Positions 28,284 to 42,636 of a stretch of DNA of 64,000 nt are shown in pieces. The notes under the pieces were generated by a model. That model ran no database searches, was not told the DNA's origin, and was given only the letters and a program-made list of their open reading frames with translations. Position 1 is the first letter of the stretch, and each line of letters opens with the position of its first letter. Origin of the DNA: Eledone cirrhosa (taxonomy: Eukaryota); assembly GCA_964016885.1 (NCBI GenBank), contig OZ024751.1:47058001-47122000 (forward strand), given 5' to 3'. A program made the position numbers and the translations under genes.

Positions 28284-28352
28284 ATAGTTTCAGAAGATCC
28301 CGTTAAGGGTGAAAGCAGCGATTCTTTCCTTAAACTTTAATCTGTTATTTTA
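28281..28352 (+). mobile_element. Family D short element with HHR-like core
   Basis: CAGAAGA-TCCC-GTTAA-GGGT-GAAA-GCAGC; same family as 30323-30428. Confidence 0.6.
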
Positions 28353-28412
28353 ATATATATATATATATATATCCACACTTACATACATACATATATACAC
28401 ACACACATTTAT

Positions 28413-28481
<69 letters not shown>

Positions 28482-28487
28482 TATAGA

Positions 28488-28554
<67 letters not shown>

Positions 28555-28812
28555 GTATATATATATGTATGTATATATATATATGTATATATATGTATAT
28601 ATATATATGCAGCTGCAGTTTAATAACGTCTGTCTTCCACATATGGTGGCTGTTGAGGTTCGCCTTCGGTTTACCGAATTTGCGGGGAGGGTCACGGAGG
28701 GGTTTAGCAGGAGTCATAAGTGCAGGTTGACGTTCAGTTTAGCGTGTTTGTTCTGTGTTTTGCGGATTAAATGGAGCAATAACAGTCTTATGTACACACA
28801 CGCACACAAACT

Positions 28813-28953
<141 letters not shown>

Positions 28954-28954
28954 G

Positions 28955-29004
<50 letters not shown>

Positions 29005-29006
29005 TG

Positions 29007-29151
<145 letters not shown>

Positions 29152-29152
29152 G

Positions 29153-29185
<33 letters not shown>

Positions 29186-29218
29186 GGATATATATAGATA
29201 TGTATGTATATATATATG

Positions 29219-29250
<32 letters not shown>

Positions 29251-29328
29251 CGTATATATATATATATATGTGTATATATATATATGTGTGTATATATATG
29301 TGTGTGTGTATATATATGTGTGTGTGTC

Positions 29329-29378
<50 letters not shown>

Positions 29379-29414
29379 CACATATATATATACACATATA
29401 TATATATATATACG

Positions 29415-29446
<32 letters not shown>

Positions 29447-29857
29447 TACATGAAGAGATAGATAGATATATAGATATATAGATAGATAGATAGATGAAAC
29501 AAACAAGCAAGTGAAAAAAAACAAAAATACACCCTATTTATCTGTCACCTAATTTTAACCTATTTTAAAGCAGGAAAGCGTTTCGACCAATTTATCGCTT
29601 CACTTACTAATATAATTAAATGTCTTGCAGGGTATCTTAAGTTACTCATATTCATTATTATTAATTGTATTATTGTTAATATTATCATTGCTGTTGTTAT
29701 TGTTGTAGTTTTCTGTATATGGAGATGGCACGACCCCATAAGTGTGGTAAGTTTGTGTGGACGGCGCTACAAGATAGGTGAAAAGGAATAAACGTATTAT
29801 TACTGTGGTCCACATATGTTTATATGTATTTGGATGTAGATGTATGTATATTAGCGC

Positions 29858-30046
<189 letters not shown>

Positions 30047-30051
30047 TATAG

Positions 30052-30240
30052 TAATAATTGTTTCTACTTTTGGCACAAGGCTAGCAATTATCCCAGTGTA
30101 TTACTGGTACTTTATTTTATCGACCCCGTAAGGATGAAAGGGAAAGTTAACCTCGGCGGGATTTGAACTCAGTCCGTAAAGGGACATAACTATGCTGCAA
30201 AGCATGGCATCCGACCCTCTACCGATACTGCCAATCCACC
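30052..30240 (-). mobile_element. tRNA-derived SINE (octopod-type family)
   Basis: Homologous to 6568-6730; TTTCATCCTTACGGGGTCGATAAA central domain. Confidence 0.85.
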
Positions 30241-30322
30241 TATTATATAGTAATAATTATAAATGTGAAGACTAAAATCGGTAAAGGGATCGATAAGGAT
30301 AATATATGTATAAATATATATA

Positions 30323-30428
30323 AAAGTCTAAGCAAAGAATCACTGCTTTCACCCTTAACGGGATCTTCTGAAATCCCGTTGACGGTGAAAGCAGCTATTC
30401 TTTGCTTAAACTTTAATCTGTTATTTTA
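30323..30428. mobile_element. Family D fold-back copy
   Basis: Arms flank the loop CTTCTGAA, which holds the reverse-strand core CAGAAG. Confidence 0.7.
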
Positions 30429-30874
30429 ATAAATATATATATATGTGTGTGTGTGTGTGCGTGTGTGTGTGTGTGTATATGTGTGCATATGTGTGCATAT
30501 ATATATATATATATAATTTTGTATTAATGTGCATATGTATGCCCATATGTATGAGTTTGTATCTGTCAGTATATGTAAATGTGTCTATATATTTCTATAT
30601 ATTTCTATATATTTGTATGCATATGGATATGTGTATATCTGTGCATATATGTATAAGTTTGTATTTGTCGGTATGTGTGTGCGTTTGTTTGTATTTGTGT
30701 TTACATGTGAGTATATGATTGTATAAACTCGGGTATATAAACAATAAAATTGAAGTGAAAGTTAACCAGTGCGTGTGTTGTGATTGGCAGCATGACCCAT
30801 CCCAAATACAATATCTTTTTCAACACACGATTTCACTTCAAGAATCTTGCAAAACAAATATAAAAACGTTCTGC

Positions 30875-30925
<51 letters not shown>

Positions 30926-30929
<4 letters not shown>

Positions 30930-31361
30930 AAAGAATAGAGGTGTAACACACAAGTTATTATATATTGGTAAACGGAATAGAAAATGCTGACAAATTGTTC
31001 ACAGTTGAAAAATGGTTTAATTAGGAATAAAAGAGTATTAGTGATTGTATGGGTTAGTATTCAGTTGTGGTTTTAAGTTTTTAAGTTTTTACCGGTTGCG
31101 CATTTCTAAATGCTTTTCAAAAATAATTTTGAGATAGAGTGTCCGTGCTGTTTGCTCTGATCTGAGCAAACAGCACGGACACTCTATCTCAAAATTATTT
31201 TTGAAAAGCATTTAGAAATGCGCAACCGGTAAAAACTTAAAAACTTAAAACCACAACTGAATACTAACCCATACAATCACTAATACTCTTTTATTCCTAA
31301 TTAAACCATTTTTCAACTGTGAACAATTTGTCAGCATTTTCTATTCCGTTTACCAATATAT
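30926..31361. mobile_element. Family E long fold-back palindrome (arms about 198 bp, 6-nt loop at 31158-31163)
   Basis: Arms appear perfectly complementary; variant HHR at 31198-31235; relatives at 52912-53262 and 53840-54185. Confidence 0.85.
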
Positions 31362-31425
31362 ATATATATATAGTGTGTGTGTGTATCTGTGTATACATAT
31401 ATATCTGCATGCACAGATACACACA

Positions 31426-31461
<36 letters not shown>

Positions 31462-31476
31462 CATATACATACATAT

Positions 31477-31519
<43 letters not shown>

Positions 31520-31924
31520 CATATACATACATATACACATATATATATATATACATATACACATATATATATATACATACATACACACACATATATATAT
31601 ATACATATATATATATACATATATATATATACACACACACACACATATATATATGTACATATATATACACACACATATATATATATACACACACACATAT
31701 ATATATACATATATATATACACACACACATATATATATACATATATATATATACACACACATATATATATATACATATATATATATACACACACACATAT
31801 ATATATACATATATATATATACACACACATATATATATATACATATATATATATATACACACACATATATATACATATATATATATACACACATATATAT
31901 ATATATACATATATATATACACAC

Positions 31925-31955
<31 letters not shown>

Positions 31956-32192
31956 CACACACATATATATACACACACATATATATACACACACATATAT
32001 ATATACATATATATATACACACATATATATATATACATATATATATACACACATATATATATATGTATATACATATATATATATACATATACATATATGT
32101 ATATATATACACATATATGTATATATATATACATATATGTATATATATATACATATATGTATATATATATACATATATGTATATATATATAC

Positions 32193-32224
<32 letters not shown>

Positions 32225-32267
32225 GTACATATATATATACATATATGTATATATATATACATATATG

Positions 32268-32299
<32 letters not shown>

Positions 32300-32337
32300 C
32301 ATATATGTATATATATATACATATATATATATGTATG

Positions 32338-32373
<36 letters not shown>

Positions 32374-32391
32374 CATATATATATATGTATG

Positions 32392-32467
<76 letters not shown>

Positions 32468-33321
32468 TTACACAATAATCAAACTATGTTCAAATCATTT
32501 TATTGCTGACAATCGTTTCTTCCAAACGTTCGTTTGGACATATAATTAACCTCCTATTCAACTGAACAATCATATAGATACATGGATATTAATGTTGTCA
32601 TCAACAGTTTCGTATTTATAGAGTGGAATGGATGTGACAGAGATTACAAGAGAATTCTATAATAATTAAAGAGGCACAGAGTGGAATGCATGTGACAGAG
32701 ATTGCAAGAGAATAGTATAATAATTAAAGCAGTATAGAGAGTGCAAATGCGTTAGGCATATACAGGACAGTATATATATCTGAATCAAATCAAACTGCCT
32801 TTTACAAAATAAGTGTTTAGATAAAAACGTAGTCTATAAATACACAGTTAAAACTAATGATAATATATTTATCTATCTCGGTGCCATTTCTACAAAATTT
32901 AAAGATAGCTGGAATAACCATAATCACTCTTTCAGAAGATCCGATAAAAAATATTCTACTTCTCTTTCACATCTTATATGAAACTTAAAAAGCAAGAATA
33001 TAGACTATTCAATATCTTGGAAAACGATTTCAAAAGCACCTGCGTACTGATACATGGCTTTATCAAAATTCTGTAAATTCTGTATTGAAGAATTTTTTCA
33101 TATAATTAACTGTCAAAACTCTATTAATCTCAGAACAGAATTATTTAATTCTTGCAGACATCGCCAAAATTCTACATTCAGAACTATGTGTAACTTATAA
33201 TATTCCTATAAATCTTCAAAATTATCTTATCTTTTTTAACAATTTATATTTTTAATATATTAATATCTCTAAATCATAACATCTCTAATATTTGTAGTAC
33301 GTTCACCCTCAGCAAAATTTC

Positions 33322-33422
<101 letters not shown>

Positions 33423-34289
33423 TTATGTATATCTATATAATTTTAATTTTAATTTTTTAATTTTTTAATTTTTTATTTTTCCAATGACACCCTCTAAAGC
33501 TATTTTTGTAAACGTAGATCAATAACCATTAACTGATTTTAGGAAAATGTATCCTATTCAAGACGATGTTTAAACACTCATATTTCTTTCGACTAAATAA
33601 TTAATTACTCTCACACTAACGATTAACAAATAAAATCGGAGTTATGTTTCCTTTTTCAATCATATAAACTTATTATACATAACTCCGTTAATTTAATTTA
33701 AAACATTCTCAATGCCGAACAAGTTATCCAAATATATAAATTCATAATTTTAACTACCTATTTATTTACATAAAATACAAAATCATCTTCCCTCGTAACT
33801 CATATTAAGAACAACCACCTAAAACTTGAACTACTTATTTATTTATTTATTTATTTATCTACATAAAACACAAAATCAACTCCCTCGTAACTCATATTAT
33901 AAACAACTAATAATTGCAAATTATCTTTTTAATAAAAATACATATGCTATTATTAAAATATATATAGATATTTATATATTTAACCCACTACAATATTATA
34001 AGATAAATACTTACAAACATAATTCTCCTTATAAATATATACATAATATAGGTAAATATTCGAATTTATTTCCCCCAAAATTAACGTATATAAGTGGTCT
34101 TCTTTTTCCTTTTTCCTTTTCCTTTTTCTTCTTTTTCCTTTTTTCTTTTTCTTTCTTTCTCTCTTATTATTATATATCTCAACTTTCCATAGCGTTTAAA
34201 ATAACGGTTTTTCAATCATATAACTCAACCTTATTTACATATTCATTTGCATATTCATCCATAAGTTTGAAATATCCGTTCTTTAATCT

Positions 34290-34463
34290 CACTACCCAAG
34301 GAAAATTCAACTGATAAGGTATGGTTTCCTTGGCTATGTCAAAATTTATAAAACATTCTTTGTATTTTATCTGATAAAAGCGTACCAAAGTTTTTGGTAC
34401 CCTTGAAATATATATAATAGAATAAATATGCTTTTATAAATATAGTTTCCATTTATTTAATAT

Positions 34464-34468
<5 letters not shown>
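34290..34468 (+). mobile_element. Family B copy (HHR at 34363-34424, core mutated to CTGATAA)
   Basis: Near-identical to 3098-3268. Confidence 0.8.
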
Positions 34469-34520
<52 letters not shown>

Positions 34521-34849
34521 GATCTATATATATATACATAGATCTATATATATATATCTATATCTCTCTCTATATATATATATATACACACATGCACCCG
34601 TACACACACGCAGACACACTCGTTGAAACTCACAAGTTAGGCAAACATGCACACACAGAAAGTAACATAGACGCAGCTGTACACGCATACACAGACACAT
34701 ACACACATACACCAACACACACATGTATGCATCCCCACCCCTTCTAGCACCACCTGTGAAGTTAACTACAAACCACTCCACTTGACACTGTCTTGTTTAT
34801 AGCACTGCCACACCCTCAGAGTGGCGGGGAAGGGGACACACATCCATTG

Positions 34850-35620
34850 TGGTGTTGGTGGGGTGGGGAGATATGATGGTGGTGGTGGTGGTAGTGGTAG
34901 TGGTGGTGGTTGTAATGGTGCTGGAGGTGGTGGTGGAGGGGATATTGGTGGTTGTGTTGGTGATATCGGTGGTAGTGGTGGTGGTGGTGGTGGTGGTGGA
35001 GGTGATATCGGTGGTGGTGATGGTGATGATGTCGGTGGAGGTGGTGATAATGGTTATTGTGATGGCGGCGGTGGTGATGTGGGTGGTGGTTGTTGTGTTG
35101 GTAGTGGTAGTGGTGTCGGTGGTGGTGGTGGTGGTGGTGGTGGTGTTGGTAGCAGTGGTGGTGATGATGTCGGTGGAGGTGGCGATAGCGGTTATTGTGA
35201 TGGTGGCGGTGGTGATGTCGGTGGTGGTGGTGGTAGTGGTAGTGGTGGTGGTTGTGACGGTGGTGGAGGAGATGTCGGTGGTTGTGGTGTTGGTAGTGGT
35301 GGCGGTGATGATGTCGGTGGAGGTGGCGATAGTGGTTCTTGTGGTGGAGGTGGTGGTGATTGTGGTAGTGGTAGTAGTGGTGGTGGTGATGTCGCTGTTT
35401 GTGGAGTTGGTAGTGGTGTCTGTCGCGGTGGTGGTACTGGTGAATGCGGTGGTGCTGGTGGTGGTGCTGTGGTGATGTCGGTGGTTTTGGTGTTGGTGGT
35501 GGTTGTTATTGTGGTGGATCTGGTAGTGGCGGTGGTAGGGATGATGGTGCTGGCGGTGGTGGGTATATGGTGGTGATGTCAATGAGTGTGATGATAGTGG
35601 TGGTTTTAGTGGTTGGCGGG
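34850..35620. repeat. (GGT)n-derived repeat
   Basis: Direct inspection. Confidence 0.9.
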
Positions 35621-35847
35621 GGGTGGGGTGATGTTTTCATTCTATAAGCTCTGGTCATCGTTGACCGATCTGACTTATAAATAAAACTGTTTCAGCCATG
35701 ACCATCCCATCGATTTCTATAATCACAGACAACATTCTCAAATATTTAATACGTTAAGGTGGGACGGAAGCATACAAGCAGCCGAAGTGGGGTTCCTCAG
35801 TATGGGTCTTGGAATAACGTGGCTTGCTGAAATGCGTAGCTTGTAGA

Positions 35848-36038
35848 TGAGAGAGCCACTCCAGGTAGGGCGGCTACTTCACCAAATTGAGAGATCACAG
35901 ATCCGGTATTGTGGACATGTGGTTCGAATGTCTGAGGAAAGAATCCCTGGACAGATTTTAAGAGCAAAACCAACCGGAAGGAGACCCAGGAGTAGACCCC
36001 GAGCAAGAGGTTTGAATAACATCCATGAGCTCGACTGG
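35848..36038 (+). pseudogene. RTE-type LINE 3' fragment (same family as 58510-59575)
   Basis: REPLQVGRLLHQIERSQIRYCGHVVRMSEERIPGQIL...GRRPRSRPR; DNA similarity to 59350-59525. Confidence 0.8.
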
Positions 36039-36223
36039 TTGTGGTAGTAGTAGTGGAAGTATTAGTAGTGGTGGTAGTAGTATTAGTAGTGGTGGTAGTG
36101 GAAGCAGCGGTGGTAGTGGTAGTATTAGTAGTGGTGGTAGTGGAAGCAGTGGCAATAGTAGTCGTAGTATTAGTAGTAGTGGTAGTGGTGGTATTAGTAT
36201 TGGTTGTGTCAGTAGTGGTATTG

Positions 36224-36257
<34 letters not shown>

Positions 36258-36655
36258 CAGTAGTAGTAATAGTTGCAGCAGCAGTAGTAGTAGTAGCAGT
36301 AGTAGTAGCAGTAGTAGTTGCAGCAACAGTAGTAGCAGTAGTAGCAGTAGTAGTAGTAGTAGTAGTAGTTGCAGCAGCAGTAGTAGTAGTAGTAGTAGTA
36401 AGAGGAGGGGTCAGTACCATTGATAACTGTAGTACAAGAGATGCTAACAGAACTCTAAACCTTAACATCTAACACCTGCACAGCTTATTCCACCATATTT
36501 GTTTGTTTATTTATTTATTTATTCAATAGCCGGACCCTTTTTCTTTAACTCCCATTACAGGAAGATCCCTATCTAAGCTATGGAAAGTCCCTATTTTTGT
36601 TTGTATATAATTTTTTTTTTTAACAATACTTCTTCTCTTTGTTTGCTTTTTCGTA

Positions 36656-36702
<47 letters not shown>

Positions 36703-36834
36703 CTATATATATGTATTAGCAAGTGGAAAGACCAACGGAAACATTGTTCCCTCGGTCCGATTTGACGAAAGTCGATCGTTAAAAAAAAAATATATATATA
36801 CATATATACATATATATATATATGTATATATATA

Positions 36835-37061
36835 TTTTTTTTTTAACGATCGACTTTCGTCAAATCGGACCGAGGGAACAATGTTTCCGTTGGTCTTTCC
36901 ACTTGCTAATACTATCTATCGGTCGCAACTCCAGGTAGAAGGAGCAACGTGAAATAAAGTGTCTTGCTCAAGGACATAACGCATCACCTGGTCCAGGAAT
37001 CGAACTCACAACCTAACGCTTGTGAATCCAATTCCTTAACCACTCAGCCACACGCCTTCAC
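36835..37061 (-). mobile_element. Full-length tRNA-derived SINE with A-tail
   Basis: A box TGGCTGAGTGG, B box GAGTTCGATTCC, A10 tail; its 3' 78 bp are mirrored at 36713-36790. Confidence 0.9.
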
Positions 37062-37080
37062 AGATAGTTGTTTATATATT

Positions 37081-37124
37081 GTCATAGTTCTTTCGTCACA
37101 CACTCTGTGACCTCTTCAGTGACT
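37081..37124 (-). ncRNA. Hammerhead ribozyme in the inverted pseudo-LTR
   Basis: Reverse complement of 39659-39702. Confidence 0.85.
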
Positions 37125-37559
37125 GGGGATTCCTTCCTTTGTTTCTGTGCCTCTCCTTTGTTCTGTCCTACGCCATTTTGTTTCTGTGTGTGTGTTGTGT
37201 GCTCAGTCTGCGCATGCGCCACATCCGGGTGTCTGTGTGTGTTTATGTTCATTTATTTATTTGTTTATTTACATGTTACTGGTTGGTTGTTTGTTCTATG
37301 TGTGTGTGTGTTTTCATTTTGTCCTTAATTGTAAGTTGTGATGTTGTTGTTCCACTCATATTTTCTATTTAATTTTGGTTGTAATTCTTTTATGTTTATT
37401 GCCTCTGTAATTTGTCTAAACATTGCGTCTTTTCTGTGTGTAGATTCTATTTTTATTTCTATGTTCTCAAATTTACCCTTGTGTTCTATTTTTAGCATGT
37501 TGGTAGAGTACAGATGATTCTTTACTATCTTGAAGGTCTCGCCAGTGTTCATTTATCAT

Positions 37560-39469
37560 TATGGAACAATGACGTGCCGGCGTTGTATGGGCTTCGAAAA
37601 GACCATAAAATGGGCAGTGACCCTGTCGCGGGACCACCAACACGGCCAGTCTGTGGAGCTAACATTGCTAGTAACTACAGACTGTCCTACTTCCTCTCCC
37701 TGATCATACGCCCCATCATCGAAATGTCCCTAGATGTATGTGACAACACGGAGGACCTCCTCGGCAGAATCGGCGTGAGTAACCGATCTAGGGACCTAAC
37801 AAACTGCATAATAGGTAGTATGGATGTTGTGTCCCTGTATCCATCTATTGACGTGGATTTTTCTGTGGAGAAATGCGTAGAAATGATCAGTGAGAGCAAT
37901 GTTGTGTTCCGTGGGATTGATACCAGTGAGCTGGGACTCCTACTTAAACTTACCTATAGTAATAATTACCTAGACACACATGACCTTAGCAACCTGTGCC
38001 CTACAAGACCAGCAAGAGGCAGACCACCTACCATTACCTCAATGGCCAAGAAAACCCACACAGATAGATGGAACGGGTGGACCAGAGCCATACGGACACC
38101 CGAAAACCACGATGAACTGAAGAAAATGATTGCACATGCGGTAGGGGCCAGCATAAAACTAACCCTTAAGGAACATATGTTTAAATTTAATGGAAAAACA
38201 TATGCCCAAGAGGAAGGAGCAGCCATTGGTGTTAGCATTGCAGGCGACATAGCTAACTTATTCATGGTATGGTGGGACAGTAGACTTAAACTGAAGCTTA
38301 AAGAAAATTAGAAGACCCCTTAACCCTGATAATGTACTCCCGCTACGTTGATGATATAAACATCGTAGTTAAGACACCCCCACTAGAGAACAGTCAGGAA
38401 CTAGAGAAAAACACAATGGAAAGCATCCAGCAAATAGCTAACTCCATCCACCAGAGCATTAGAGTTACTATAGACTACCCAAGTAAACACCCCAACCATC
38501 GATTACCTGTACTAGACACAGAGCTCTGGTTAGATACCATTAATAACAAAAAACAAATCCTCCATTCCCATTATGCCAAACCCATGACTTCCAAACATCT
38601 GATCCACCGAAACTCGGCCGTTTCGGACCATACCAAAATCAACATACTGATTGCGGATTTGGTACGGGTGATGAGAAACGTGTCCCGCATGTGCAACCCC
38701 GAAGAACTAGAGAGACACATTCAACATTTCATCCACCGTATGCAGTTCTCTGGCTACAATCAGAGAGATAAAATCAGAGTGTATAGAGGAGCCAGAACCA
38801 AATGGGAAAAAATGGTAAATAATGACATAAATGGGACCTGCCCCTTGTATAGGAGCAAATTTTGGAATAGAATAGAAAGAACTAGGAACAAGGCTAATAG
38901 AATAAACTCATGGTATGATAGCAATAAATACCAGAGTGTAATGTTCATCGATACAACCCCTAGAGGTGAATTAGCTTACAAATTTAGAAGGGCCCTAAAT
39001 AAACATAAACTCAATATTAAGATAGTAGAAAGACCAGGTACCTCCGTAAAAACACTTATTAGCAAGACATACCCTTTTCAAAGACCCTCATGTATAGATA
39101 AGAAATGTATAACCTGTAAAATAAGACCCCATATTAATTGTAAAACTAGAAATGTAGTGTATAGCATAAGATGTACTGAAGGACAATGTAGAGACAAAAA
39201 TATAGTGTACATAGGTGAGACAGCTCGTAGTGTAGGGGAACGGATAAATGAACACTGGCGAGACCTTCAAGATAGTAAAGAATCATCTGTACTCTACCAA
39301 CATGCTAAAATAGAACACAAGGGTAAATTACATAGAAATAAAAATAAAATCTACACACAGAAAAGACGCAATGTTTAGACAAATTACAGAGGCAATAAAC
39401 ATAAAAGAATTACAACCAAAATTAAATAGAAAATATGAGTGGAACAGCAACATCACAACTTACAATTAA
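37560..39469 (+). pseudogene. PLE reverse transcriptase-GIY-YIG endonuclease ORF (frameshifted near 38306 and 39330)
   Basis: PALYGLRKDHK..PPTRPV, SMDVVSLYPSI, QEEGAAIG, RYVDD, LPVLD, CIDKKCITC, VVYSIRC..YIGETAR..R..EH; C-terminus RQITEAINI..LNRKYE in a shifted frame. Confidence 0.95.
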
Positions 39470-39658
39470 GGACAAAATGAAAACACACACACACATAGCA
39501 CAAACAACCAACCAGTAACATGTAAATAAACAAATAAATAAATGAACATAAACACACACAGACACCCGGATGTGGCGCATGCGCAGACTGGGCACACAGA
39601 AACAAAATGGCGTAGGACAGAACAAAGGAGAGGCACAGAAACAAAGAAAGGAATCCCC

Positions 39659-39703
39659 AGTCACTGAAGAGGTCACAGAGTGTGTGACGAAAGAACTATG
39701 ACT
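39659..39703 (+). ncRNA. Type I hammerhead ribozyme in the PLE 3' pseudo-LTR
   Basis: AGTCA-CTGAAGA-G-GTCACA-GAGTG-TGTGAC-GAAA-GAAC-TA-TGACT; predicted cut after 39698. Confidence 0.9.
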
Positions 39704-39854
39704 ATATATAAACAACTATCTGGTTGTGGAACCAACCAACCAGAAATTTATAAATTTGTAAATTTATTATAAATTTATTATAATAATAAATTGAAGTGAA
39801 AGCAACTGGTGCGTGTGTTTCTTATTGGCAACATGACCTTCCCAAAATATAACA

Positions 39855-39899
<45 letters not shown>

Positions 39900-40007
39900 A
39901 ATGTATATATATATATGCATATATATATATACATCTATATATATATGTATATGCATATATATATATATACATGTATATATATGTATATATGTATATATAT
40001 ATATGCG

Positions 40008-40041
<34 letters not shown>

Positions 40042-40084
40042 TAGTGTGTTCTGTTATTACACAAATATGACCCTCCCCAAGTAT

Positions 40085-40129
<45 letters not shown>

Positions 40130-40272
40130 CACACACACACGTATATGTATATATATATATCTATATATATATATACATATATATATGTGTGTGTGTGTGT
40201 ATATACATATATATATATATAATATTGTCGAAATGGCCGGAGCTCAGCCGTAGGGGTCCCGACTCTTTTCCG

Positions 40273-40365
<93 letters not shown>

Positions 40366-40861
40366 TATGCATACATGCATTAACCATTCCATTCAAGGAC
40401 CACACGTTTTTGTTTGTTTTTGTTATTATTATTTAGTTTTTTGCTAGTTTATTTTTTAATTTATTTATATTTAAATATCTTCTGTAAATGTTTTTACCTC
40501 CCATCTTCCGTTGGTGGTTCTTCTAATTATTTCTTAATTACTTATTTCTTAATTATTACTTATTTTTTAATTACTTGTTTCATTTAATTACTTCTATATT
40601 GTAGATTAAGCTAAAAGAAAAAGTAACGGTGAGGTGGGGTTCTTCAGTTCCTCATTTAATATCCCACCATCTCTAACCTCAACCTTAATCCACTATACGT
40701 AGCCCTAATCCTAACCTCAACCTTAATCCACTATACGTAGCCCTAACCTCAATCCACTATACGTAGCCCTAGCCCTAACCCTAACCCTAATCCACCGTCC
40801 GTAGCCCTTGTAACAAATAAAACGTATTTATTGTTATCATTGCTTTGAGATATTCATTGCA

Positions 40862-41760
40862 GTTCTGAGTTCAAATCCCACCGAGGTTAGATTTGCCTTT
40901 CATCTTTACAGGATCAATAAAATAAAGTATCAGTAATGCACTGGGTCGATTTAATCGACTTTCCCCTTCCATTCAAATTACTGGCCTTGTGCTAAATTAT
41001 TATTAATCTTTTCTGATATTTATAGCAGTTCTTTACGTTTTGAGTTCAAATCCTGCCGGGGTTAACTTTGCCTTTAACCATTGCATATTCAATAAAATAA
41101 AGTACCAGTCACGCACTGGGTCGATTTAATCGACTTTCCCCTTCCATTCAAATTACTGGCCTTGTGCCAAAAAATAGAAACAGTTATTATTAATCCTTTG
41201 AGATATTTATAGCAGTTCTTTACGGTCTGAGTTCAAATCCCGCCGAGGTTAGCTTTGGCTTTCATCCTTACAGGGTTGGTAAAAGAAAGTACCAGTAATG
41301 CACTGGAGTCAATTTAATTGACTTTTCCCTCCACAAAAATTCTTGGCCTTGAGTCTAGAAACCATCTGCGTTTATAGGGGAGTGGATTGACAGTATCGGT
41401 AGAGCGTCGGACAACGTGCTTTGGGGGCATAGAGTTACGACCCTTTACGGTCTGAGTTCAAATCCCGCCGAAGTTAGCTTTACCTTTCATCCTTACGGGG
41501 TCGATAAAATAAAGTACCAGTAATACACTAGGGGTCGATAAAATAAAGTACCAGTAATACACTAGGGGTCGATAAAATAAAGTACCAGTAATGCACTGAG
41601 GTCGATTTATTGCAGCCCTTTACTGTCTGAGTTCAAATCCCGCCGAGGTTAGCTTTGCCTTTCATCCTTACGGGGTCGATAAAATAAATTGTTAGCGATT
41701 TAATCGACTTTCCCCTCCCCCAAAATTGTTAGCCTTGTGCCTAAATCAGTAACAATTATT
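40862..41760 (+). repeat. Tandem cluster of five SINE copies or fragments
   Basis: TGAGTTCAAATCC at about 40866, 41041, 41228, 41453 and 41627; internal triplication of about 32 bp at 41495-41600. Confidence 0.85.
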
Positions 41761-42188
41761 ATTGTTAATGTTGCAGTTGTTATTGCTGCAATTGTTGTTG
41801 TTGCTGTTGTTGCTGTCGTTGCTGTTGTCTTCGTTGTTATTCAAGGTTAATTCAAGGTTTATTCAAGGCAACTCTTGTGTTTTGCGTGTAATGATAAAAA
41901 CACATGCTTGGTGAAACATTAATTTCAAATTTATTTCTTGTTCGTATTCATGAGTGAGAGTGAGGGGGAGAGGATTAAGGTGAGGTAGAGGTGGAGTAGA
42001 GGTGGAGTAGAGGCGTGGTCCCTGGCAGATTTACATTTTAATTTAATCAATCGTTACGGTTATATATTTTATAGCTTTCTATATACACACCTCTTCGGCT
42101 TTTCTTTCCATTTTCGATTTGGTAAAAATTACATTCGAATATCTTTTTTATATAGACCCCAAAAAACAATGAAAAATATGTGTGTATA

Positions 42189-42236
<48 letters not shown>

Positions 42237-42482
42237 TATATATATATATATATATATATATGCATGTATGAATGTATATATGTATATATATATATACATG
42301 TGTATGTGTGGTGTGTGTGGAACTCTCATAAAATGACGCACGCACAGAGTAAAGAAGTCACGTAACTTTATTAGATCAGCTGGTGGCAGTGAAGCATAGA
42401 GATGTGTTATGTATGCACACACACACACACACACACACAAACAAACACACACAAACACACACAAACACACACAAACACACAC

Positions 42483-42515
<33 letters not shown>

Positions 42516-42605
42516 TATATACATATAAATATGTACATGTATATACGTATATGTGTGTGTGTATGTAAATATATGTACATCATCATCTCATCATTTAAAG
42601 TTATA

Positions 42606-42634
<29 letters not shown>

Positions 42635-42636
<2 letters not shown>

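Larger units (their letters stand above)
37062..39853 (+). mobile_element. Penelope-like element, 5'-truncated, with inverted pseudo-LTR
   Basis: 37062-37557 is the reverse complement of about 39243-39721; RT plus GIY-YIG ORF; HHR in each pseudo-LTR; 3' end runs into (TA)n. Confidence 0.95.

Noticed and set aside
28588-28790. Unique island as a possible host exon (similar islands at 12390-12495, 45570-45670, 49500-49620)
   Set aside because: No recognisable domain or consistent splice structure; transcript or conservation data are needed
36985-37061. tRNA genes (also 13555-13620 and other SINE heads)
   Set aside because: A/B boxes are present but no complete cloverleaf is evident; they continue into SINE bodies
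37514-37557. Start codon of the PLE ORF as given in the ORF track
   Set aside because: It lies in the inverted pseudo-LTR; the true N-terminus is truncated
40670-40810. Interstitial telomere
   Set aside because: Only a few CCCTAA units inside a short local tandem repeat
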